The notes under the pieces are model-generated. The model did no database searches and was not told the DNA's origin. It worked only from the letters and a program-made list of their open reading frames with translations. The translations under genes and the position numbers were made by a program. A stretch of 32,000 nt of DNA from Delftia acidovorans NBRC 14950 (GTDB lineage: Bacteria > Pseudomonadota > Gammaproteobacteria > Burkholderiales > Burkholderiaceae_C): NCBI RefSeq assembly GCF_001598795.1, contig NZ_BCZP01000006.1:240001-272000 (forward strand). Reading direction: 5' to 3'. The number at the start of each line of letters is the position of its first letter. The stretch's first letter is position 1. Positions 25,362 to 32,000 of this stretch are shown in pieces.

Positions 25362-26240
25362 ATGATGGACATGGAACTCTCCCAAAACTTTCTGCGTGCC
25401 AAAAGCCCCTGCGCGGCGGGCTTTCGCTGGTTCGTGCGCAACCGCCATGACGGCAACGACTACCAGCGCGTGCTCGACGCCCTGGTGGGCGATGGCCGCG
25501 TCGAGGATGCGCGCTGGCTCATGAACCAGTTCGGCCCCACCGACGCCGTGCTGGAGGTCGATCACCTGGAGGCCGATGCCGTGGTGTTCTCGGGCAGCGT
25601 CGTCGTGCATGGCGAGCTGCGCGTGCCCGGCCTGCTGGCCGTGGGCCGCACGCTGCAGGCCGGCGCCGGCATCCACGCCGGCCGCATCGAGGCCGGCCAG
25701 GACCTGCACAGCGGCGGCGCCATCTTCTGCAGCGGCCCGCTGCAGGCAGGGGGCCTGGTCAAGGCCGCCTGGAGCGTGGACGTGCACGAGGAACTGCGCG
25801 CCGAAGACGTGCGCGCCGGCTGGGAGCTGCGCTGCGGCGCCGACCTGCGCCTGGCCGGCGGCGCCCAGGCCGGCCAGGACATCGAGGTGCAAGGCGCCAT
25901 CCGCTGCGGCAAGGGCCTGCGCGCGGGCGGCAGCATCCGCGCCAGCGGCCTGATCGAGCTGGGCCACGGCCTGTACGCTGGCGCCGACGTGGAAGGCGGC
26001 AGCCACATCGAGGTGGACTGGGGCATGCGCGCGCTGGGCGACATCCGTGCGGCCTGCAGCATCCGCGCGGGCGAGACCCTGCATGCCGAAGGCGAGATCG
26101 CGGCCGGCCCCGGCTACGGCATCTATGCGGGCATGAACGTGCAGCAGGATGCCTGGCCGTCCTGTGCCTGGGTGCATGCGGCGCAGCGGCCCCCAGCCCT
26201 GCTCAGCGGCTGGTGGGAAGAGGCAGCGGCACCGGCCTGA
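25362..26240 (+). CDS. Hypothetical protein: small N-terminal domain plus Gly/Ala-rich beta-helix-like repeats (bactofilin/FapA-style)
   Basis: GGAG at 25355-25358 precedes ATGs at 25362, 25365 and 25371. The C-terminal ~200 aa show a quasi-periodic pattern: AGAGIHAGRIEAGQDLHSGGAIFCSGPLQAGGLV ... GKGLRAGGSIRASGLIELGHGLYAGADVEGGSHIEV ... IRAGETLHAEGEIAAG. High GC3. The start is uncertain; an in-frame ATG at 25254 lacks an SD. Confidence 0.6.
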   Translation: MMDMELSQNFLRAKSPCAAGFRWFVRNRHDGNDYQRVLDALVGDGRVEDARWLMNQFGPTDAVLEVDHLEADAVVFSGSVVVHGELRVPGLLAVGRTLQAGAGIHAGRIEAGQDLHSGGAIFCSGPLQAGGLVKAAWSVDVHEELRAEDVRAGWELRCGADLRLAGGAQAGQDIEVQGAIRCGKGLRAGGSIRASGLIELGHGLYAGADVEGGSHIEVDWGMRALGDIRAACSIRAGETLHAEGEIAAGPGYGIYAGMNVQQDAWPSCAWVHAAQRPPALLSGWWEEAAAPA

Positions 26241-26340
26241 TGCCCGCAGGGACACGCCGGCCTGCGCCCCCGCAGCGCAGCGCCGCGATGCAAAATACCC
26301 GCTTCGCCGCCGCACGGGCGGCTCCAAGGAATCCCACATC

Positions 26341-27045
26341 GTGTTCACCGGCATCATCCAGGCCGTGGCAAGCATTGCCGCGCTGCGCGACCAGAACGGC
26401 CTGCGCACCTTCACCCTCGACTTTCCCGAAGGCTTCTGCCAGGACCTGGCCATCGGCGCCAGCGTCTCCACCGATGGCGTGTGCCTGACGGTGACCGAGA
26501 TCCTCTCGCCCACGCGCGCCACGTTCGACGTGATGCTGCAAAGCCTGAACATCACCACGCTGGGCGGCTATGCCGTGGGCGGGCGCGTCAATGTGGAGCG
26601 CGCGGCAAAGGATGGCGCCGAGATCGGCGGCCACCCGCTGTCAGGCCATGTGGATTTCACCTCGCCCGTGCTGGAAGTGGCCTCCAGCGACACCAACCAC
26701 CGCATCCGCTTCGGCATTCCCGAGGGCTTTCGCCACTACGTGTTCGCCAAGGGCTACATCGCCATCAACGGCGCCAGCCTCACGGTGTCCGAGGTGGACC
26801 GCCAGGCCGGCTGGTTCGAGGTCTGGCTGATCCCCGAGACGCGCCGCATGACCGTGTTCGAGTCCAAGGGCGTAGGCGACCTGCTCAATGTGGAGATCGA
26901 CCGCAGCACCCAGGTCGTGGTGGACACGGTGCGCGAGACCGTGCAGCAAAGCCTGGGCCGCCTGCAGCCCGTGCTCGAGGCCCTGCTGAAAGAAAAGGGC
27001 CTGAGCCTGGACGACTTCATAGACGTCCCCAAGCTGCCCGGCTGA
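26341..27045 (+). CDS. ribE: Riboflavin synthase (alpha subunit)
   Basis: A GTG start at 26341 gives the canonical MFTGIIQ N-terminus; AAGGA lies 10 nt upstream. Two lumazine-binding repeats (GASVSTDGVCLTV and YIAINGASLTV). NVERAAK...EIGGH..SGH and NVEID..TQVVVDTV as in E. coli riboflavin synthase. Confidence 0.9.
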   Translation: MFTGIIQAVASIAALRDQNGLRTFTLDFPEGFCQDLAIGASVSTDGVCLTVTEILSPTRATFDVMLQSLNITTLGGYAVGGRVNVERAAKDGAEIGGHPLSGHVDFTSPVLEVASSDTNHRIRFGIPEGFRHYVFAKGYIAINGASLTVSEVDRQAGWFEVWLIPETRRMTVFESKGVGDLLNVEIDRSTQVVVDTVRETVQQSLGRLQPVLEALLKEKGLSLDDFIDVPKLPG

Positions 27046-27058
27046 CGCCCTTCGTCGT

Positions 27059-29578
27059 TCAGCGCCCTGCCGCCAGCGGCGGATTGAAACGCCGCAGGCG
27101 CAGCGCGTTGCTGAGCACGAAGACGCTGGACAGCGCCATGGCCCCGGCCGCGAACACGGGCGACAGCAGCGTGCCGTTGACGGGGTACAGCAGGCCGGCG
27201 GCCACGGGGATCAGGGCCACGTTGTAGGCAAAGGCCCAGAACAGGTTCTGCCGGATATTGGCCATGGTGGCCTTGGACAGCGCAATCGCATTGGGCACGC
27301 CGCCCAGGTCGCCCGACATCAGCACCACGTCGGCCGCCTCGATGGCGATGTCCGTGCCCGTGCCGATGGCCAGGCCCACATCGGCCTCGGCCAGGGCCGG
27401 CGCGTCGTTGATGCCGTCGCCCACATAGGCCAGCGTGCCGTGCTCGGCCTTCAGGCGCTTGACGGCATCGACCTTGCCGCCGGGCAGCACCTCGGCCACC
27501 ACCTCGTCGATGCCCAGCTGCCGCGCAATGGCCTCGGCCGTGCGGCGGTTGTCGCCGGTGATCATGGCCACCTTCAGGCCCAAGGCGTGCAGCGCGGCAA
27601 TGGCGGCCGGCGTGTTGTCCTTGATGGGATCGGCCACGGCGATCATCGCGGCCAGGCGTCCGTCCACCGCGGCATACAGCGGCGTCTTGCCTTCGTCGCC
27701 CAGGCGCGCGGCCTCGTCTGCCAGCATGTCCACCTGCAGGCCCAATTCGCGCATGAAGCGGTCGGCACCGATCTCCACGCGCACGCCGTCCACCTGGGCG
27801 CGCACGCCAAAGCCTGTCACCGATTCAAAGCGATCAACAGCACCCAGCGGCAGATCCTCGGCCTTGGCAGCATCCACGATGGCGCGCGCAATCGGGTGCT
27901 CGGAGCGGTCTTCCACGGCCGCCACCAGCGCCAGCACGCGGCTGCGCTCGCCCTCGAAGCCCGGGGCCAGCACCAGGTCGGTCAGTTCGGGGCGGCCTCG
28001 CGTCAGCGTGCCCGTCTTGTCCACGGCCACCACGCGGGCATCTTTCAAGGTCTGCAGGGCCTCGCCCTTGCGCAGCAGCACGCCCATCTGCGCGGCCCGG
28101 CCCGTGCCCACCATGATGGAGGTGGGCGTGGCCAGGCCCATGGCACAGGGGCAGGCGATGATGAGCACGGCCACGGCATTGACCAGCGCAAAGCTCAGTG
28201 CGGGCGACGGCCCCCAGGCCAGCCAGGCGCCGAAGGTCAGCAGGGCCACGGCCATCACGGCCGGCACGAACCACATGGTGACCTGGTCCACCAGCGCCTG
28301 TATGGGCAGCTTGGAGCCCTGGGCCTGCTCGACCATGCGGATGATCTGCGCCAGCAGCGTGTCCGCGCCCACCTTGGTGGCGCGAAAGGCCAGCGCGCCG
28401 TTCTGGTTCACCGTGCCACCAACCAGTTCGGCACCCGGGGTTTTCTCGACCGGCACGGGCTCGCCGCTGATCATGGATTCATCGACGAAGCTGCTGCCCT
28501 CGATGACCTCGCCATCGACGGGAATGCGCTCGCCGGGCCGCACCTCGATGGTGTCGCCCGCACGCACGGCGGCGATGTCCACTTCCTGCACGGCGCCGTC
28601 CTTGCGCACGCGCGCCGTCTTGGCCTGCAGTCGCACCAGGCGGCGGATGGCCTCCGAGGTATTGCCCTTGGCGCGCGCCTCCATGAAGCGGCCCAGCAGG
28701 ATCAGCGCCACGATCACGGCCGCCGCCTCGTAATACACATTCACCGTGCCGGCCGGCAGCCACTGCGGCACGAAGGTGGCCACCAGCGAATAGGCAAAGG
28801 CCGCCGAGGTGCCCACGGCCACCAGCGAATTCATGTCGGGCGCGCCGCGCAGCAGCGCGGGAATGCCTTTCTGGAAAAAGCGCAGGCCCGGCCCGAACAG
28901 CACGATGGCCGACAGCAGGCACTGCAGATACCAGCTGTTCTGGGTGCCGATGGCCTGCCCCACCCAGTGGTGGAAGGCCGGCACCATGTGGCCGCCCATC
29001 TCCAGCACGAACACCGGCAGCGCGAACACCGTGGCCACGACCAGCGAGCGCTTGAGCGACGCACGCTCGCGCGCCTGGCGCTGCTCCGTGCCGTCTTCGG
29101 CCGGCGACTGCGCAGCGCCGCCTTCACTGGCCGGGTTCGCGCTGGCGCCCAGCGGACGCGCTTCGTACCCGGCCTTGTGCACAGCCGCGACAAGGGCCGC
29201 CACATCTGCACTGCCAGCCAGCGTCACCACTGCACGTTCGGTGGCCAGGTTCACGCTGGCCGATTGCACGCCCTCCACCTTTTTCAGCGCCCGCTCCACG
29301 CGGCCCACGCAGGAGGCGCAGGTCATGCCCTCCACTTCCAGTTCCACGCTGGACTGGGGCACCTCGTAGCCGGCCTTCTCGATGGCGGAAATGGCGGCGG
29401 GCAGGTCGGCCGCGCCCTCGAAGCGGATGCTGGCCTTTTCGGTGGCCAGGTTGACCACGGCTTCCTGCACGCCCGGCAGCTTCTTGAGCGCGCGCTCCAC
29501 ACGCCCCACGCAGGAGGCGCAGGTCATGCCCTGAACGGGCAGGTCTATGGCCATGCCGGCCTTGGTCGATGCATTCAT
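27059..29578 (-). CDS. copA: Copper-translocating P1B-type ATPase with two N-terminal HMA domains
   Basis: Two [12 protein letters not shown] metal-binding motifs. Also SGEPVPV, CPC ([13 protein letters not shown]), DKTGTLT, SEHPIA and [11 protein letters not shown] chose the ATG at 29576-29578 because AGGAG lies 7 nt upstream, and because the upstream ATG at 29602 lies about 7 nt downstream of the inferred -10 element, roughly at the expected transcription start. Confidence 0.9.
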   Translation of the reverse strand: MNASTKAGMAIDLPVQGMTCASCVGRVERALKKLPGVQEAVVNLATEKASIRFEGAADLPAAISAIEKAGYEVPQSSVELEVEGMTCASCVGRVERALKKVEGVQSASVNLATERAVVTLAGSADVAALVAAVHKAGYEARPLGASANPASEGGAAQSPAEDGTEQRQARERASLKRSLVVATVFALPVFVLEMGGHMVPAFHHWVGQAIGTQNSWYLQCLLSAIVLFGPGLRFFQKGIPALLRGAPDMNSLVAVGTSAAFAYSLVATFVPQWLPAGTVNVYYEAAAVIVALILLGRFMEARAKGNTSEAIRRLVRLQAKTARVRKDGAVQEVDIAAVRAGDTIEVRPGERIPVDGEVIEGSSFVDESMISGEPVPVEKTPGAELVGGTVNQNGALAFRATKVGADTLLAQIIRMVEQAQGSKLPIQALVDQVTMWFVPAVMAVALLTFGAWLAWGPSPALSFALVNAVAVLIIACPCAMGLATPTSIMVGTGRAAQMGVLLRKGEALQTLKDARVVAVDKTGTLTRGRPELTDLVLAPGFEGERSRVLALVAAVEDRSEHPIARAIVDAAKAEDLPLGAVDRFESVTGFGVRAQVDGVRVEIGADRFMRELGLQVDMLADEAARLGDEGKTPLYAAVDGRLAAMIAVADPIKDNTPAAIAALHALGLKVAMITGDNRRTAEAIARQLGIDEVVAEVLPGGKVDAVKRLKAEHGTLAYVGDGINDAPALAEADVGLAIGTGTDIAIEAADVVLMSGDLGGVPNAIALSKATMANIRQNLFWAFAYNVALIPVAAGLLYPVNGTLLSPVFAAGAMALSSVFVLSNALRLRRFNPPLAAGR

Positions 29579-29608
29579 TGCCTGACTCCTTTGTTCTCGC
29601 ATGCAGGC

Positions 29609-29639
29609 ACTTTAGAGATTGCCACCATGTCAAGGTCAA
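29609..29639 (-). promoter_or_regulatory. MerR/CueR-type promoter with 19-bp spacer upstream of copA
   Basis: The minus strand reads CTTGACC-TTGACATGGTGGCAATCTC-TAAAGT. The -35 TTGACC is at 29634-29639 and the -10 TAAAGT at 29609-29614, with exactly 19 bp between them. The spacer holds an imperfect dyad (TTGACA..TGGCAA). An over-long spacer is the hallmark of MerR-family activated promoters. Confidence 0.5.
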
Positions 29640-29726
29640 GCCCCCTGCAAGGCGATTTCATCGCCGTGTCATCAGCCTTGCCCAGCATCGGCGGCCGTGA
29701 CAAACCGATACAGAGAGAACCCGTTC

Positions 29727-31637
29727 ATGTCCTTGACCTCCCATCGCCCCGCCCTGCGCCCGCTGGCCGTGGCCCTGGCTGCCTCCGCCCTGATCGCCGG
29801 TTGCGGCGGCTCCGGCAACGACACGCCCGCAGGCCAGCCGCTGGAGCTGCGCATTCTGCACATCAACGATCACCACTCCACGCTGGAGTCCAAGAGCAAG
29901 ACCCTGCAGCTGGACGCCGGCACGGGCAAGGCCGAAGCCGTGGCCGTGGACGCCGCAGGCTTTGCGCGCGTGACCCAGGCCATCGAGGAGCTGGCCGCGC
30001 AGTCGCCCAACGTGCTCAAGCTGCACGCCGGCGACGCGCTCACCGGCACGCTGTACTTCAACCGTGCAGGCGCCGACGGCGAGGCCGATGCCGCCCTCAT
30101 GAACACCGTCTGCTTTGACGCCTTCACGCTGGGCAACCACGAGTTCGACAAGGGCGACAGCGGCCTCAAGTCCTTCCTGGACCGCCTGCGCACAGGCAGC
30201 TGCAAGACGCCCGTGCTCAGCGCCAACGTGCGCTTTGGCGCCAACTCGGCCCTGAACGCGGCCAAGGCGCCCGGCTATGTGAACCCCTCCACCGTGGTGG
30301 AGCGCGGCGGCCAGAAGATCGGCATCGTCGGCCTGACCATTGCGGGCAAGACCAAGGCATCGTCCAGCCCCGATGCCGACACCACCTTCGAGGACGAGGC
30401 CACGGCGGCCCAGCGCGAAATCGACGCGCTGCGCGCCAAGGGCATCAACAAGATCATCGTCATGAGCCATGTGGGCTATGAGTACGACCGCCAGATCGTG
30501 CCCAAGCTCAGCGGCGTGGACGTGGTCGTGGGCGGCGACTCGCACACCCTGCTCGGCCCCGACGTGCTCAACACCACCGGCGTTGGCACACCGGGCGGCG
30601 CCTACCCCACGCGCCTGGCCGACAAGGACGGCAGCCCCGTCTGCGTGGTCCAGGCCTGGGAGTACGCCCAGGTCGTCGGCGACCTCAAGGTCCAGTTCGA
30701 CGCCGACGGCCGCGTCACCCAGTGCACGGGCACGCCCCATGTGCTGATCGGCGACAGCTTCACCATCGCCGGCAAGGCCGCAACCGATGCGCAAAAGACC
30801 GCCCTCAAGGCCAGCGCCGCCGCCACCGGCGTGCTGCGCGTGACCACGCCCTCGGCCAAGGCCACGGCCGCGCTGCAGCCGTTCAAGGACAAGGTCGCCC
30901 AGTTCAACCTCAAGCAGGTCGCCACCGTGCCCCAGGAACTGTGCTCGCGCCGCGTGCCCGGCGGCGTCGGCACCATGAACTACAGCCAGTCCAGCGCAGC
31001 CTGCAATGCCGAAGGCAGCGTGAGCGTGCGCGGCGGCGACATCCAGCAGCTCGTGGCCCAGGCCTACCTGGAAGAAGCCAACCGCCACTACGGCGGCGCC
31101 GACATCACCCTGCAAAGCGGCGGCGGCGTGCGCATCCCGCTGCTGGGCCAGACCACGGCCGCCCAGGTCATCCAGGTCCTGCCCTTCGGCAACAAGCTGT
31201 TCCGCCTGGACATCACCGGCACGGAAGTCAAGGGCATGCTCGAAGACGGCCTGCAGGCCGTGTACGGCCCCAGCGGCACGACCGGCCCCTACCCCTACAC
31301 GGGCGGCCTGCGCTTTGACGTGAATGCGGCAGCGGCGGCCGGCCAGCGTGTGTCGGGCATCGAGGTGTACGACAACGCGAGCAAGACGTGGAAGCCGCTG
31401 GATACGGCGCGCACGTACAAGCTGTTCGTGCTGAGCTTCAATGCCACGGGTGGCGATGGCTACAAGACGCTGGCGGCCGTGCCTGATGCGCGCCGTCTGG
31501 ACATTGGTGTGCTCGATTCCGATGTGTTCTTCAACTACATCGAGAGGCAGCCGGTGGATGCGGTGTCTGGTCTGCCGCTGCTGTCGCGGCTGCCGATGGA
31601 TCTGTACAGCACGCGTAGTTTTCAGGGTGGGCGCTGA
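29727..31637 (+). CDS. Bifunctional metallophosphatase/5'-nucleotidase lipoprotein (NadN/UshA family)
   Basis: Lipobox LIAGCGG. Calcineurin-like metallophosphatase motifs LHINDHHS, AGDALTG, GNHEFD, MSHVGY, GGDSHT. C-terminal 5'-nucleotidase domain (LPFGNKL, GGDGY). Confidence 0.85.
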   Translation: MSLTSHRPALRPLAVALAASALIAGCGGSGNDTPAGQPLELRILHINDHHSTLESKSKTLQLDAGTGKAEAVAVDAAGFARVTQAIEELAAQSPNVLKLHAGDALTGTLYFNRAGADGEADAALMNTVCFDAFTLGNHEFDKGDSGLKSFLDRLRTGSCKTPVLSANVRFGANSALNAAKAPGYVNPSTVVERGGQKIGIVGLTIAGKTKASSSPDADTTFEDEATAAQREIDALRAKGINKIIVMSHVGYEYDRQIVPKLSGVDVVVGGDSHTLLGPDVLNTTGVGTPGGAYPTRLADKDGSPVCVVQAWEYAQVVGDLKVQFDADGRVTQCTGTPHVLIGDSFTIAGKAATDAQKTALKASAAATGVLRVTTPSAKATAALQPFKDKVAQFNLKQVATVPQELCSRRVPGGVGTMNYSQSSAACNAEGSVSVRGGDIQQLVAQAYLEEANRHYGGADITLQSGGGVRIPLLGQTTAAQVIQVLPFGNKLFRLDITGTEVKGMLEDGLQAVYGPSGTTGPYPYTGGLRFDVNAAAAAGQRVSGIEVYDNASKTWKPLDTARTYKLFVLSFNATGGDGYKTLAAVPDARRLDIGVLDSDVFFNYIERQPVDAVSGLPLLSRLPMDLYSTRSFQGGR

Positions 31638-32000
31638 TTAGTTCACGCTCTTTTTTGAGACCCTGCCGGGGGGGTGTTTTTCGAGGCCGGGTCTCGGCCC
31701 GGCGGCCCACCTACCTTCTTTTGCTTCGCCACCGGTACGCCGGCCGAAAGAACGTAGGCCAAGAAAAGGCGACCCGGATGTCCGCGACCCCTTCGCTTCG
31801 CTGCGGGGCAACCTGCGTCGTGGCGGTTGCGGGGGAGTTTTTTCGGGCCGTCGCTGTGCTCGGCCTGGGGCTTTGGCCTCGCTTTTCTTTCAAAGCCTCT
31901 ATCATTCCGAGCGGCCCCTTGTACCGGGGCTGGTGCTTCAAAACACCTTTTCTCAAAGCGGTGCGGCCTCCCCGTCAACGAGGCCTTGTCACGTCTGGAT
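31638..32000. other. Structured non-coding tail region, possible repetitive extragenic element
   Basis: No credible ORF. Several inverted repeats: GAGACCC (31657-31663) / GGGTCTC (31689-31695), and AAGAAAAGGCGA (31761-31772) / TCGCTTTTCTT (31879-31889), which bracket a ~130-nt segment. T-runs at 31651-31656, 31677-31681 and 31838-31843. Confidence 0.35.

Noticed and set aside
26241-26340. FMN riboswitch upstream of riboflavin synthase
   Set aside because: Only ~100 nt are available and I could not find the conserved FMN-element core. There is just a short GCCGCC/GGCGGC hairpin. An Infernal scan would settle it.
24864-26558. Upstream extension of the DUF2760 reading frame (the ORF track gives 792 aa)
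   Set aside because: Only the last 227 codons, from MNSKTPPSF, look like protein. The upstream part is Arg/Ala/Gly junk, is antisense to the beta-helix gene, and would run across the divergent intergenic region.
29579-29602. Upstream ATG (29602) as the copA start
   Set aside because: It has no SD and lies about 7 nt downstream of the inferred -10 hexamer (29609-29614), roughly where transcription should start. The ATG at 29578 has AGGAG at ideal spacing.
27440-30118. 892-aa plus-strand ORF
   Set aside because: It is antisense to copA and runs through the copA promoter into the real nucleotidase gene in a different frame. It has no domain signatures.
31643-31978. 111-aa and 81-aa minus-strand ORFs at the window end
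   Set aside because: They are Arg/Pro/Gly/Lys-rich and overlap hairpins and T-runs. They have no RBS and no codon periodicity that I could see. I treat them as translation artefacts of a structured non-coding element.
1-32000. Mobile elements, CRISPR arrays, tRNA/rRNA genes, prophage or defence-island signatures
   Set aside because: I found no transposase, integrase or recombinase-like ORFs, no regularly spaced direct repeats, no tRNA-like cloverleaf candidates, and no marked GC drop apart from short promoter islands. The window looks like core chromosome.

Overview
High-GC, densely coding chromosomal window. Protein content looks betaproteobacterial (Burkholderiales/Comamonadaceae-like), but that placement is an inference. 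I support 22 CDS. I found no rRNA, tRNA, CRISPR array, transposase or integrase. Left to right: a 5'-truncated 5'-nucleotidase, a secreted EF-hand protein and a hypothetical protein. Next is a cyanophycin locus: a DUF1854 protein plus a fused ABC exporter with an N-terminal zinc-ribbon extension, divergent from two tandem cyanophycin synthetase paralogues followed by creA. Then come a yeiE-like LysR regulator divergent from yeiH, a MarR-FUSC-GNAT group, an aldehyde dehydrogenase, and a secreted lysyl-endopeptidase-like protease with three C-terminal RFYN/HFYT repeats. After that is a three-gene operon (DUF2760 membrane protein plus two atypical Hsp70 paralogues), a divergent beta-helix-like repeat protein, riboflavin synthase, a copper P-type ATPase behind a MerR-type 19-bp-spacer promoter, and a NadN/UshA-type lipoprotein nucleotidase. 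The window ends in about 360 bp of structured non-coding DNA. The best candidates for an uncharacterised system are two. The first is the DUF2760/Hsp70/long-Hsp70 operon (19401-24863), which has no J-domain or GrpE partner and carries an unassigned C-terminal domain of about 320 aa. The second is the DUF1854 + ABC exporter pair coupled to a cphA pair in which the first paralogue has degenerate ATP-binding motifs and lacks the C-terminal Mur-ligase subdomain. Most other long ORFs in the six-frame track are antisense artefacts of high GC content.
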